This document shows, piece by piece, positions 10,367 to 20,550 of a stretch of 61,069 nucleotides of DNA (position 1 is its first letter; the number at the start of each line of letters is the position of its first letter). A program made the position numbers and the translations under genes. Source of the stretch: a virus (taxonomy: Duplodnaviria > Caudoviricetes); the IMG/VR virus record IMGVR_UViG_3300035701_000033, positions 1 to 61,069 of that record; one strand, given 5' to 3'. The notes beneath the pieces are model-generated. The model was not told the origin of the DNA. It made no database searches and was given only the letters and a program-made list of their open reading frames with translations.

Positions 10367-11467
10367 TTATTTTTTTGGTTTAGACGCATAAATGGGGCGT
10401 CCTTTCTCATCAGTACCAATGCGTATACTGTTTTTTGGGACCCAGCCCCCTAGTCCAGCTGGCTCATTCGCGCGGAACAAATGTTTTTTCCCTTCAGTAG
10501 GAACGGTAAGCTCCATACCATTTTTGAAATTTTGAACTGATACTGGGTCAAAGGGCATACCATTTGCCATAAGGTATTCTTTGATTTTACCTTCCTCGGT
10601 TAATTGTGCTTTAGTTCTAAGTAACTTCTCAGCGTTCTGTGCTTTTGTCTCAATATTATCCGCTGCAGTTCCACCCTTTTGCCCCGCAGCTTTTGCTGCT
10701 GCTAAAAAATGTATCGCCGAGGCTTTAGCCTGTTCTGATTGCGCCTTATGCAGTTCAATATCAGAAGGAAGTTTTTGTTCAGCAATAGCCTGTTTTCCAG
10801 CAGCTTCAGTTGCCAGATCCCTATAATGCTGTCCAGTAATATCGGTAGTACCCGCTGATGCTAACTGTGCGGCCTGTGTAGCAAAATCTTTACCTGACGC
10901 TTCTAATAATCCGGGAAGTACTTTGCCCCCCCAACCGGGAGATTTCATTGGCGCATTGGCAGTACTAAATCCAAAATTCATAGTGGGGTTCATATTCATC
11001 AGAGCACTTTGCAGAGCATCGGCGAGCCCACGTCTATATGTATCTGCTTCTGGACTGAAGGCCCCCCCATGCGCTCCACTACTATAAGGAGCTACATAAG
11101 AATGTCCGGGTATGCCTCGTATTTCTGTTACATCCCCTTGCTGTTGAATAGAACCCTGTAAACTAGGAAATTTATTATTAATCGCAGGAGTTGTTTCTGT
11201 AGGAGTAACTGCAGCAGTAGTTAGTCCTTTAGCCTTTGGGCGGAATGTTGCGGTTTGCTTTGCAGTTTCAGGATCAACTGTTGCAGGGGTTGCAGGAAGC
11301 ATAGATTTAGATAAAGTCACAGCAAGTCCAGTATCTAATGCATCTTTGGATACTGGTGGCAAAAGCATTGTATTAGATGCAAAATTTCTTTTTGCTACAT
11401 CCATATCCATCTGCTCTGGAGTATACCCTCCCCAGAATGATTTTCCGTAAGAACCTAATTGTGCCAT
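10367..11467 (-). CDS. Putative internal virion (ejection) protein
   Basis: Low-complexity Ala/Lys/Gln-rich ORF directly upstream of the large internal protein. Confidence 0.5.
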   Translation of the reverse strand: MAQLGSYGKSFWGGYTPEQMDMDVAKRNFASNTMLLPPVSKDALDTGLAVTLSKSMLPATPATVDPETAKQTATFRPKAKGLTTAAVTPTETTPAINNKFPSLQGSIQQQGDVTEIRGIPGHSYVAPYSSGAHGGAFSPEADTYRRGLADALQSALMNMNPTMNFGFSTANAPMKSPGWGGKVLPGLLEASGKDFATQAAQLASAGTTDITGQHYRDLATEAAGKQAIAEQKLPSDIELHKAQSEQAKASAIHFLAAAKAAGQKGGTAADNIETKAQNAEKLLRTKAQLTEEGKIKEYLMANGMPFDPVSVQNFKNGMELTVPTEGKKHLFRANEPAGLGGWVPKNSIRIGTDEKGRPIYASKPKK

Positions 11468-11478
11468 GGCCTATCTCC

Positions 11479-12651
11479 TTATGCGGTCCGGTTAGTAATA
11501 TCTTGGGTGACAGTACTGAAGTTAGTGGTAGTCTGTGCAGACTCTGAAGTGCTGGCAGAGTTGGCTGCGCTTGCACCGAGACTTGCGTTAGCACTCATAC
11601 CTGTCAGTGCTGAAGCAGCGATCTGGGCATTAACCTGTGTCACAGCTTTCATCGCTTCTAGTTCAAGATTTAAGAATGCTGTAAGTTGACGGACAAGAAT
11701 TTCATCTTTACCAAGTTCTGTGGCATTGGCCTTAGCAACTGCATCTATTTCTGCGCTGTATTTCTGGACGGAAGCACCAATAATCTTGGTTTTGACATCA
11801 GCTTCGGAGGTATACATAGCTACCTGTGAACGGAAGATGTCGGCCTGAGCGTTGGTCTTTGTAGCGATGGCATTATATTGTGCCACGTAGACATTGATAC
11901 GCTCGACCTCAGCTCTATACATGGCGACTGCGATCTCTGGACCAGACTTAGCTGCTTCCAGTAACCGGTTGCGCATTGCTGTTGCATATGTCTGTTCAGT
12001 TCCTTCAAAGGAAATCCCAGCGTCAATGAATTTCTGTGTAGCCTGATATGCGAGATCCGCCTGTTTGGTCGAGATATCTCGATTTGATGTGAGTCGGGCA
12101 TCATTGTACTTGGTTTCCAAATCCAATAGCATGGCAGACATTACACCATCGGGCATAGGGAATCCATTTGCCCCGATCTCACCAGCCATACGATCAATCG
12201 CATCAATATGATCCAGCAGAGCACGTTCCTTTTCCCGATTCCAGATTCCTTCCTCAACAACTGCACCAAGTCCTGTGCCGCCATTATTAATCTTATCAAC
12301 AAGTTTTACCTTCAGTGCATCCTCGACTGTGGAGACATAGGCTGATTCAGTATAATTGAAATTGGTAGTAGGAGCAGCATTGATTACTGGGAGTGCAGGG
12401 AAATCACCCATGGTTGGAATAACTGGTTTCGTCAGATTAAACATAGCATCCAGTGCTTCGAAATCAGGAGATGCAATAATTGGAATAGAGTCTAATGGTT
12501 TCGAGTGCGCAATTAAGGAAATAGCGAAGTCAGTAAGTATCTGGGTGAGTGTGGTATTCCTATCAAAAGCTATACGCGCGAGGTTCATGCCCTCACTGAA
12601 ACGTTCTGCTACAAGGGCTGGTGCTGTATTTGTTACGGCTTGAACAGGCAT
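11479..12651 (-). CDS. Putative virion protein, helical/coiled-coil
   Basis: 390-aa ORF with GGAGG RBS in structural operon. Confidence 0.5.
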   Translation of the reverse strand: MPVQAVTNTAPALVAERFSEGMNLARIAFDRNTTLTQILTDFAISLIAHSKPLDSIPIIASPDFEALDAMFNLTKPVIPTMGDFPALPVINAAPTTNFNYTESAYVSTVEDALKVKLVDKINNGGTGLGAVVEEGIWNREKERALLDHIDAIDRMAGEIGANGFPMPDGVMSAMLLDLETKYNDARLTSNRDISTKQADLAYQATQKFIDAGISFEGTEQTYATAMRNRLLEAAKSGPEIAVAMYRAEVERINVYVAQYNAIATKTNAQADIFRSQVAMYTSEADVKTKIIGASVQKYSAEIDAVAKANATELGKDEILVRQLTAFLNLELEAMKAVTQVNAQIAASALTGMSANASLGASAANSASTSESAQTTTNFSTVTQDITNRTA

Positions 12652-12679
12652 AATAAAACCTCCATGGATTTATGATACA

Positions 12680-12708
12680 AGTATAGTGCGGTTTTATATT
12701 TAAGGCAA
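12680..12708 (-). promoter_or_regulatory. Sigma70-like promoter
   Basis: TTGCCT-17nt-TATACT on minus strand upstream of 12651. Confidence 0.55.
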
Positions 12709-12716
12709 GGGTAATC

Positions 12717-14204
12717 TTATTTTACTTTCATAGAGTACAGAGTGGGGACTGCATAATAGGTCTTTTTCCCGAACTTAATAATCAAAAATCCGGGGGGTGG
12801 ATTGACGCCGGTATCCCCACTATCTGAACTTGGACTCGTTATATTTGAAACTGCATATGTTTTACTTTTCCATTTCTTAGATTTCGCTAAATAATAGAAC
12901 GACGTAATTGACACATACTTCCGGGCGGTAGTATATGGATCGGTAAGATATCTGGCTGTTTCGTCAATAGCCCCAGTCACAACGATGTCAGTTGCAGTGC
13001 GCACGTAATTATCATTCTGCATTTGCTGTCCCACAAACGTACTGATTAACTCAGTATGGATAGTGGTATCTGCCCAGTGCTGCACCAGACCTCCCCAATA
13101 ATTAAAAGAGTTTCCGTAGGTGGGTTCCACATAAACATATCCATCTTTAGGAGTGGCTTTGGTTTCAATATATTGATGGGCGATTACATGGTGTATGTAA
13201 AGTTGTGTTCCAGTAACATAATTGTATGGCCAAAAAGTTCCTTCGACCCCATATACATATTCTTCATTGTCAATAATCCCAAGATATTTATACCCATTAT
13301 ATGCATAGACTTGTCCATCCCAGCGATTAGAATAGTTCTCTATCGCCGACATAACTATGCGCCCATTGGCATATACACTACTACCCTGAGTACTGGAGAT
13401 ACTGCCCACATTTGTCTTAGCTACTACATCCAAAGTATCGGTAAAGGCCGAATAGTTTACGATGTTCCCATAGAAGATTTCTGCTTTATCGTTTTTGAAG
13501 AAACTATTTGCATCTGCGGCAATATATTGTCCTGTCTTTCTGGAGTTTGCCAATGTTGGCGAAGGAATATAGTTAGTACTGATATTATATTGGGTAAAGT
13601 AATACTCGTTATAAACCCCATAAGTAGATGTATAGGTCAATACATTGTGTTTGTCGTACCACGGAGAAGTTATATTATACTCATCCACAATTGTGCGTAA
13701 ACCATTTTCTGTTATATCGGAACCTTGCACTATAGCCAAATCATTAGCTGGAAATCCTATAGTATATATAGGGTACGATTCTCTAACTTTACTGGCCAAT
13801 AAGAAACGAACAGGATTAATCTCCCAATTAACAAATAAATAACCCCTACCTTCTTGTATCATTCCATTATATCCACCATGGTCGAAGCCAAGATATACGG
13901 CATATGCAAGTGGGCATGGCTGGAGTTCTAGTTCTTCTTTTTCTTTCTCCACTGATACTGGGGGAACAAGATAAATTTCTATAATTTCCTGCAGTCCTAC
14001 TTTAAGTGTCTTCAATATAGTACCATCATCAAGAATACGTTTCAATTCGAATGTAGTAAGCCCCAAAGCAGATAGACGTATCTGCTCTCGGGTTTGCTCC
14101 ATGAGAATCTGAGCCCGATGCATGTATGGTTGTGCAAGGTGTCTATCCCCTGCGCTACCATCGATATTAAATACTCTGATACTAAGTTGATCGCCTACGC
14201 CCAT
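12717..14204 (-). CDS. Putative tail / receptor-binding protein
   Basis: Tyr/Thr/Asn-rich beta-type composition, lower GC, in tail gene block. Confidence 0.4.
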   Translation of the reverse strand: MGVGDQLSIRVFNIDGSAGDRHLAQPYMHRAQILMEQTREQIRLSALGLTTFELKRILDDGTILKTLKVGLQEIIEIYLVPPVSVEKEKEELELQPCPLAYAVYLGFDHGGYNGMIQEGRGYLFVNWEINPVRFLLASKVRESYPIYTIGFPANDLAIVQGSDITENGLRTIVDEYNITSPWYDKHNVLTYTSTYGVYNEYYFTQYNISTNYIPSPTLANSRKTGQYIAADANSFFKNDKAEIFYGNIVNYSAFTDTLDVVAKTNVGSISSTQGSSVYANGRIVMSAIENYSNRWDGQVYAYNGYKYLGIIDNEEYVYGVEGTFWPYNYVTGTQLYIHHVIAHQYIETKATPKDGYVYVEPTYGNSFNYWGGLVQHWADTTIHTELISTFVGQQMQNDNYVRTATDIVVTGAIDETARYLTDPYTTARKYVSITSFYYLAKSKKWKSKTYAVSNITSPSSDSGDTGVNPPPGFLIIKFGKKTYYAVPTLYSMKVK

Positions 14205-15163
14205 TACATTCTCCTACTGAGGATATCATAGAACAAAGCGATTTCATTAATATCAAGATTAGATCCATCTTTATTGGTGATAATGAATCTCCAGTTCCTA
14301 CCTTCACGGAATTTACTGGTTTTAAACCGATAATTATGTAACTTCATATCTCCATCATGAATGACATTGTAGATGTCGGGGGTATCCTGTTCATCAACTT
14401 CAACCAGAATTTCAAGAGTGCCATCTCCACGATAGTTTATATATCCATCACATAGACGTTTCCGGGCCTCTTCGCTGAAGTCAGTAATACCAAATTCCAT
14501 CCGGGCATCAATGCTATCTCCGTTATCGGTATCCCCAGTGAACACTTTAAACACCCCTGTCTCCCCGGCACCTAAGAAACTATTCACTGGGAACTCACAA
14601 TAGGAATTGAAATTGAAATTGGTATACTCAGTAAGTACTGCATGCATAGAATTAATGACTATGGTACTAAAGAATTCTGTCAGACTAAGACCATGGCATT
14701 CCAATATTGGGAATGTTCCTGCACCCTGAGCAATAGAAATAAGATGAGCTTCCCCATCGGATGTAAGTTTATATAAATTAGTTACACCTCTACCTACCTG
14801 CCCACAAATACCCTCACCATACCCTGTCAATTTTGCAAGCGTCGAAGCAGCATCAGCCTTAGAGGAAATGAACCCCGTACCTGTAGCAGTAAGGGTTACA
14901 ACATTGCCTGTGGCGTTTCCGCCAGCAGTCATGTAAACATCTAACGCCTTAAACTCTCCGTTACCAGATGCATGCTGAGTCTGTGACCCCGACCCATAGC
15001 ATTCCAGTGTCTTAAAGAACGAACCGGTTATATAGTTATGCGCCGTCGCGTCCCCAGTTAAAATAGGAAATGTCCCCAGCCCTGCACCAGCAGAAATAGG
15101 GGAGCTGCCTGCGCCGCCCCCCGTCAATTTATGAATTATACCAAATGAATATGCGATAGTCAT
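14204..15163 (-). CDS. Putative tail protein
   Basis: Gly-rich N half and beta-rich C-terminal domain; structural operon. Confidence 0.45.
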   Translation of the reverse strand: MTIAYSFGIIHKLTGGGAGSSPISAGAGLGTFPILTGDATAHNYITGSFFKTLECYGSGSQTQHASGNGEFKALDVYMTAGGNATGNVVTLTATGTGFISSKADAASTLAKLTGYGEGICGQVGRGVTNLYKLTSDGEAHLISIAQGAGTFPILECHGLSLTEFFSTIVINSMHAVLTEYTNFNFNSYCEFPVNSFLGAGETGVFKVFTGDTDNGDSIDARMEFGITDFSEEARKRLCDGYINYRGDGTLEILVEVDEQDTPDIYNVIHDGDMKLHNYRFKTSKFREGRNWRFIITNKDGSNLDINEIALFYDILSRRM

Positions 15164-15175
15164 GTTCGCCTCGGA

Positions 15176-15940
15176 TTATGCAGCCGACTCCGTGAATGTG
15201 AATGTATCAATCGTGAGCGTTACCCCCGTGATGCTGGAGTTAGGATTGATATTCAGATCAGCACCCGAGGTACTTACCGTACCGTCAACCCTGATTGCAG
15301 TTGTCGAAGAACCTGCAGACTCTGCAGCCGAACGACAGAACCTGTACCATCCGGGAGTACCATCAGCGACAGCCACGCCTGACCATGTACCTGACTTGGC
15401 AAGGACACCAGCTGCGGAAAGGCCGAAAGTCAGACCATTCACATTGGCGACACCACTGGCCATATCGGTTTTCGATGTGGTGATTGTGGTTGAAGTACAT
15501 GCGACAACCAGAGTATTGGGACTTGTACCCGTTCCCGGCATAGCTGAGATGGTAATAACCGCGCCAGTTGCTGATGCAGAATATTCAGGAACTGAAAGAG
15601 TAGTATTGATCTTAGCAGCAACATCCGTTGCCGTCTGGTTCAAGGACCCATTATAGGGAACTGCGCCGTCGAGGATGTCAATGCTGTTGACTGTAACTGT
15701 ATTAACCGACCCAGCCGCACCACCGGTCAGTGTAACCGACCCGGTTGAAATTGTCTCAGCTGTATGCGGCGTCCCGGAGCTGAGAGTCATTGTGTTTAGC
15801 AGTGTACCTACAGGTGCATCGTCTGCAGATGTCGGCTGAGTTCCGCTGTAAATCTGAAGAATCCCGCCCTGCAATGCGCGTTTGGTACTACCATTCTGCT
15901 GCCTGAAGTTTCTGAATGCTGTGCTTTCATGAAGTGACAT
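15176..15940 (-). CDS. Putative virion structural protein
   Basis: LQIYSGTQPTSAD...GTPGWYRF...RVDGTV motif typical of phage virion proteins. Confidence 0.55.
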   Translation of the reverse strand: MSLHESTAFRNFRQQNGSTKRALQGGILQIYSGTQPTSADDAPVGTLLNTMTLSSGTPHTAETISTGSVTLTGGAAGSVNTVTVNSIDILDGAVPYNGSLNQTATDVAAKINTTLSVPEYSASATGAVITISAMPGTGTSPNTLVVACTSTTITTSKTDMASGVANVNGLTFGLSAAGVLAKSGTWSGVAVADGTPGWYRFCRSAAESAGSSTTAIRVDGTVSTSGADLNINPNSSITGVTLTIDTFTFTESAA

Positions 15941-15951
15941 AGTGTTTCTCC

Positions 15952-16890
15952 TTATCGAATAGTTGTGATTACTTGAGTATACCCCTCGGTTTTATCAGTT
16001 CTTGGACGAACAATACTTGCACCTACCAGACCAGCTGGCATGATGTACTTTGAACTCATAGGCGTGGATAACTTTCCTGCTGGGAAACCGTAACATGGCC
16101 CTTCTGAACTTGCCCAGACCGGAACGATCCCGCCATACAGACCTTCTTTGATACGAGTACCTGAGATATAAGTTCGACTTCCGTGAATGGCTCCAAATCC
16201 CGCTATAGGGCGAAGGTCAAATTTATGAGGGTTATCTCCTGTCAGGAAGTACGTTATCCCTCCTGCAGCCACGTAGAGTCCGTCCACCGTAGCAGCAACG
16301 AGTTCGATATCATCGGAAAATGCCTTGAAGTTATAACGCATATCCCGTTGAAAGAATCTGAATGCATCAGAAAACCAAAGAACTGAGCCAACAGCAACAT
16401 AGAGTCTCCCACGGAAATACTCCATACATGATCCTGCTGGTATTTGGGCTTTAAAGTTTTGGGTTACTATTGGAAGATCTGATACAACAGCCTCGTTTAA
16501 CATATATATTACTTGCCCATTTGTAACATAGATACCATCAGGTGTTTCCTGAAAAACAAAATCGTTGCTTAGGACGTGCTTAATAGCCGTAAATGTATAG
16601 TCCATGTTAATCAGGCATAGGAAAGAATTGCGCACACAATATGCAAGGGTTCGATTTTGATTCGACCATAGACTATAAGTTGGGGTCGTATCTACTTCTT
16701 CGAATCCTGCTCGACGAGAAGGCATAAGCGCATGATCGATATCAATATTCTCTGCAGCACTTAGTTCATATGAAACATCCTCATCCTTTGGATTAAAGGG
16801 CTTAGGAGCTGCAGGAGATTTAACATCTTCCCTGTTCGTACGGTTATTAATACCCAAACATTTTTGGTATGATGCATACTTAGTAGTCAT
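15952..16890 (-). CDS. Putative tail nozzle / stabilization protein (beta-propeller-like)
   Basis: GRLYVA...LWFSD motif; follows adaptor gene as in podoviruses. Confidence 0.5.
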   Translation of the reverse strand: MTTKYASYQKCLGINNRTNREDVKSPAAPKPFNPKDEDVSYELSAAENIDIDHALMPSRRAGFEEVDTTPTYSLWSNQNRTLAYCVRNSFLCLINMDYTFTAIKHVLSNDFVFQETPDGIYVTNGQVIYMLNEAVVSDLPIVTQNFKAQIPAGSCMEYFRGRLYVAVGSVLWFSDAFRFFQRDMRYNFKAFSDDIELVAATVDGLYVAAGGITYFLTGDNPHKFDLRPIAGFGAIHGSRTYISGTRIKEGLYGGIVPVWASSEGPCYGFPAGKLSTPMSSKYIMPAGLVGASIVRPRTDKTEGYTQVITTIR

Positions 16891-17564
16891 TATCGGAATG
16901 TGTATAACTTGTTAGGAGCACACCGAATATGTGTAGCCCGTTGCCTTTGGAAAAGTCGTTTCCCTCTTGGGACATACAGAGTATCATATAGGGCTTTATG
17001 GTCAGACGCCTTGGGCATATTGGCCTGTTCTCTATCATGATGCATATAAGCCTTGAATGCTGCATACTCTATAATACCCCGATGAATCGTAGCCGGGATG
17101 AGAGGACTGTCTTCTTCATCCAGAGATTCAAACGGAATACGCTCATATCTCCAGACCCTCAGTTTGAATACAGACCCATCGACGCCCGGAGTCGGGTACA
17201 TAGTGATATGCCCTGATTCTTGGTCGCACTGCCATGAGAATGGAACTGTTGCCGGGGAGTCCCAGATAGGAACCAGATCTGGCCTGTCACTTTCATCGAA
17301 TTGAGAAAGTCTGACATTAGTAACTGCATTCCAAACCTCCAGAACTTCAATAATACGTCCATCAATATTGAACGGATATGATGCCACGTTCGCTAGAGTG
17401 GAGATTGTGTAATTGGAAAAGTCTATGAAGAAACCTGTATCTTCACAGAGAGCGTCCATACCTTCAGACAGGTAAGCGTCAACGATAGTATCATCCCAGC
17501 CATATGGTTGAATGTAGTCGTCGATTACCTTCCTGAATTCGGTACGTAGTTCTTTCTTTTTCAT
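16890..17564 (-). CDS. Head-tail adaptor (tail tubular protein A-like)
   Basis: ELRTEFR...WDD...MYPTP...HRGIIEYAAFKAY pattern and synteny. Confidence 0.6.
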   Translation of the reverse strand: MKKKELRTEFRKVIDDYIQPYGWDDTIVDAYLSEGMDALCEDTGFFIDFSNYTISTLANVASYPFNIDGRIIEVLEVWNAVTNVRLSQFDESDRPDLVPIWDSPATVPFSWQCDQESGHITMYPTPGVDGSVFKLRVWRYERIPFESLDEEDSPLIPATIHRGIIEYAAFKAYMHHDREQANMPKASDHKALYDTLYVPRGKRLFQRQRATHIRCAPNKLYTFR

Positions 17565-17565
17565 T

Positions 17566-17919
17566 TTAGTATGGGCCTCTTATAACTGAATAAGGTACAG
17601 CTGATTGGTCCTGCCATTCTTGCCGTGATGTTCCATCAGGCAAGGGCATAACGACAAGCCGAGCTGCGATTGCGTTCCGCAGAACCTCGACTACTTCTTC
17701 AGGGACCGATACGACAACACCGCGCCATATCTGATACACCTTACCGTTTACGCCAATTTTGATGTCCCTTGGTTCCCCTTCCTGTGCATCCACCCGGATG
17801 TCGAAGCGTTTCTGTTTCTCCGCTACGTTCTTGCCCGGACCTTTCGGTTTTACTACTACTGCTGGTTGCTCTGTTGCAGGGGGGGTTACTCCAGACCCGA
17901 AGCCGAATTCGTCTACCAT
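17566..17919 (-). CDS. Conserved phage hypothetical protein
   Basis: IGVNGKVYQIWRGVVVSVPEEVVEVL motif commonly seen downstream of N4-gp56-type capsid genes. Confidence 0.55.
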   Translation of the reverse strand: MVDEFGFGSGVTPPATEQPAVVVKPKGPGKNVAEKQKRFDIRVDAQEGEPRDIKIGVNGKVYQIWRGVVVSVPEEVVEVLRNAIAARLVVMPLPDGTSRQEWQDQSAVPYSVIRGPY

Positions 17920-18477
17920 TTGCCTACTCCTTTCCTTCTATCATATTTGCGTTCCTGAGAACGTACATCTCTGCCTCTGATAAATGTAATTTTACACCAG
18001 TTGGCAGGTGCTTTACAACCCCATTAATACTTATAATGAAGTAATCTCCATATTCCTTTGAGATTACACATAATTCGTCGTCAGGTAAATCCTGCAGATT
18101 CAATTCTTCTTTGATCTTTATTGCTCTTCTTGATCCGAGATCACGTATTATATTAATCACGGACGCTGGGGGGAATTCATTAGTCATCTTCTTTTTCCTC
18201 GGATACTGCCTTACCAAATGCAGCAGCGAATTCTTTCTCAGTAGAATATTCACCGTCAAGTTTCGGTAGGATCTCTTGGATCTTTGCAGCGACTTCCATC
18301 TCATCCTTTGCCACGAACTGTTCTTCGAACTCACTACCACAGCAGCAAGAGGGTTCGCCCTTTTTGCCCTTCTCTTCTTTCTTAGGAACACATACTTCAA
18401 TGATGTAACCATTTGCTGCCTTGCCGATCTTAATCATTTCTTTACAGTACATGCTCATTTTCGTTCTCCTTAAATGA

Positions 18478-18509
18478 AAGAGGGTGGGTTTGCGAGTTCC
18501 CACCCCCTT
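18478..18509 (-). terminator. Putative intrinsic terminator
   Basis: GGGTGGG/CCCACCC stem followed by TCTTTC on minus strand after 18516 stop. Confidence 0.5.
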
Positions 18510-18515
18510 AGTTTA

Positions 18516-18962
18516 TTACATGATGAGCGTGAGCGCATCCGGGTCAGTTACAGAGATTGCTGCCGGGGCAGCAGAGGTAACAGCATTTGGAGCAGATGAG
18601 GTCAAGGCCACAGGAGCAGCAGATGTTTTTGCTGCAGGATTAGCATAGTTCTCATCTGTTACACCAGTATCCAGATTGAGTTTTGCGATAAGAGCTGCAT
18701 ACCCAGTATAGATAGCTGCTACGTCAGTCTGCACAGCGGCCAATGTTGTATGAATGTCTTTTTCATCAGCTTGAACCCGCAGCAATGTACCTCTCAACGC
18801 AGCAATATCGACCTGCATTGCAGTGACGTTGGCTACAAAAGCGACCATATCAGAAGCTGCGAGTGCTGTACGCAAGGTGGTCATATCGTTTATGATCGCC
18901 TCGAATACATCAAGCAGGTCTGGATTATGCGCTTTAGATCTTGCACTAATTTTGGTTGACAT
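18516..18962 (-). CDS. Putative head fibre / decoration protein
   Basis: Ala-rich coiled-coil ORF in head gene block. Confidence 0.4.
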   Translation of the reverse strand: MSTKISARSKAHNPDLLDVFEAIINDMTTLRTALAASDMVAFVANVTAMQVDIAALRGTLLRVQADEKDIHTTLAAVQTDVAAIYTGYAALIAKLNLDTGVTDENYANPAAKTSAAPVALTSSAPNAVTSAAPAAISVTDPDALTLIM

Positions 18963-18973
18963 GAGCCGCCCCC

Positions 18974-19483
18974 TTATACTACTACGGATGTAGGGATGCA
19001 GGACAGATTGACAAAAGTAAACGTACAGGCTGCTTTGTCATGGTCTGATGTACCCGGAGTAAACGTAGTATTGGCCGTTACGATTTTGACATAACCGATA
19101 GGGCAATACCCAGCAGGAACTGGAGGAAGTTTTGCTACCCCAGTGTCGGAAGTAATCGTAGTCAGATCGGACAATGTAGTACATGCATTGCCAGCTACGA
19201 CCAGCGCACTACCAGCGATGTTAAGGCAGCACAGATATGCTTTCGTTGTATATGTCGGCTGCACTGTTACGTCGGTGTGAGTAAAGCAGTCATTGGTAAT
19301 GGCCACATGGGTAATCACACCGTCGATGCAGTAATCAACTGCGGAGTCCAGATCAATGTGGTGCTTGTTTGTGCCGACGGCAAGTGTCCCCATGAGGAAG
19401 CAACGTGTGCCGATCAGGGCTCTTTCAATTGCCCGGAAGACATCTCCGAGTCCTTTTGCTGATTCATAGTAAAGCATGGTCAT
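18974..19483 (-). CDS. Putative capsid decoration protein
   Basis: Immediately downstream of capsid gene; CPIGYVKI...TFTPGT motif. Confidence 0.45.
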   Translation of the reverse strand: MTMLYYESAKGLGDVFRAIERALIGTRCFLMGTLAVGTNKHHIDLDSAVDYCIDGVITHVAITNDCFTHTDVTVQPTYTTKAYLCCLNIAGSALVVAGNACTTLSDLTTITSDTGVAKLPPVPAGYCPIGYVKIVTANTTFTPGTSDHDKAACTFTFVNLSCIPTSVVV

Positions 19484-19537
19484 TCTCCTTTTATCGTAAA
19501 GTAAGGGGTGGAGGGGTTAGCTCCACCCGGTTATTGT

Positions 19538-20530
19538 TTACAGTTCAGTTGCAGCACATTCGAGACGTGCCATCCAGAGCTGATTCAGGATGACGGCTGT
19601 TGTCATGACCTTCCAACTTACAAAGCCTCTCTGACCCAGTTCGTCGCCCTGTACGGGCTGATTTGGATTCTTTACCATAGGAGTAATGGAATCCTTGCCT
19701 TTAAGGGGGACGAGCCCATAGGCATCTCTTGCAAAAAATAGGATAGGATATACATCAGCCAAAGTACCTGCTGTAGATACCATTGTTCCTTTTGCGCCGC
19801 CACCGTCAGCAAACGAAGTTGCGACTGTCGAACGGATGTAACGAACGTCTTCAACCGCACCGATCTCATAAACATCAGCAGGAACCTGCGATGCGTAGTT
19901 GACTGCATCTTTGAACCCAGAGATGGCGCGAACGTCGTTTTCGAGGTCAGGGTGGATGTAGCCGATGTACCCGGCGCGGGTCGGCAGAGTGCCGTAAGCA
20001 GGAGAACTTGCTGTCTGCTGAGTAATGTAACCAGCGTTCTGACGTTTGAATGCGCGGGTAATCTTGCGCTGCAGAGTCAGGGTGACAACGGTGTTAACAT
20101 CTGTACGCAGTGTGCCGTTTGCATAAAATACATTTGTACCGGCTTTCAGGATGTTAAACCGAACAGCTTCAACAGTCTGTGCAGCCTGTTCTGCGATGAT
20201 CTGCATGTACTGCTGCAGGACTGGGTCTTCATGGGTATCCTGAATTACGTCAGTGATAATGACGAAAGAACCATACTGAGCCAGAGTTGCAGTGTAGTCT
20301 GTAACTGTGGGGTTATTACCTGTAGGGGTAACGCCCTCAGACAGAGGTGTAGTTGCCAGAGGGAGTGCCTCATAGCGACGGAACTTCGCTACCTTCGTGC
20401 TATTGGTAGGAATAGGATAAGCCTGTCCCCATTTTTCAAGTACGAGGTAGGGAAGGGCTCTTTTCAGAAGTTGGGCGACTGCGTAAGCAGCGGTCCTTGG
20501 GGTGATATCCCCATATACAGTAACTGCCAT
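19538..20530 (-). CDS. Major capsid protein (N4-gp56 family-like)
   Basis: YGDITPRTAAYA, FRRY, LSEGVTP, QYG, HPDLE, EIGAVE, DELGQRG motifs; AGGAG RBS. Confidence 0.9.
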   Translation of the reverse strand: MAVTVYGDITPRTAAYAVAQLLKRALPYLVLEKWGQAYPIPTNSTKVAKFRRYEALPLATTPLSEGVTPTGNNPTVTDYTATLAQYGSFVIITDVIQDTHEDPVLQQYMQIIAEQAAQTVEAVRFNILKAGTNVFYANGTLRTDVNTVVTLTLQRKITRAFKRQNAGYITQQTASSPAYGTLPTRAGYIGYIHPDLENDVRAISGFKDAVNYASQVPADVYEIGAVEDVRYIRSTVATSFADGGGAKGTMVSTAGTLADVYPILFFARDAYGLVPLKGKDSITPMVKNPNQPVQGDELGQRGFVSWKVMTTAVILNQLWMARLECAATEL

Positions 20531-20550
20531 GACGATTCTCCTTTTTCTTT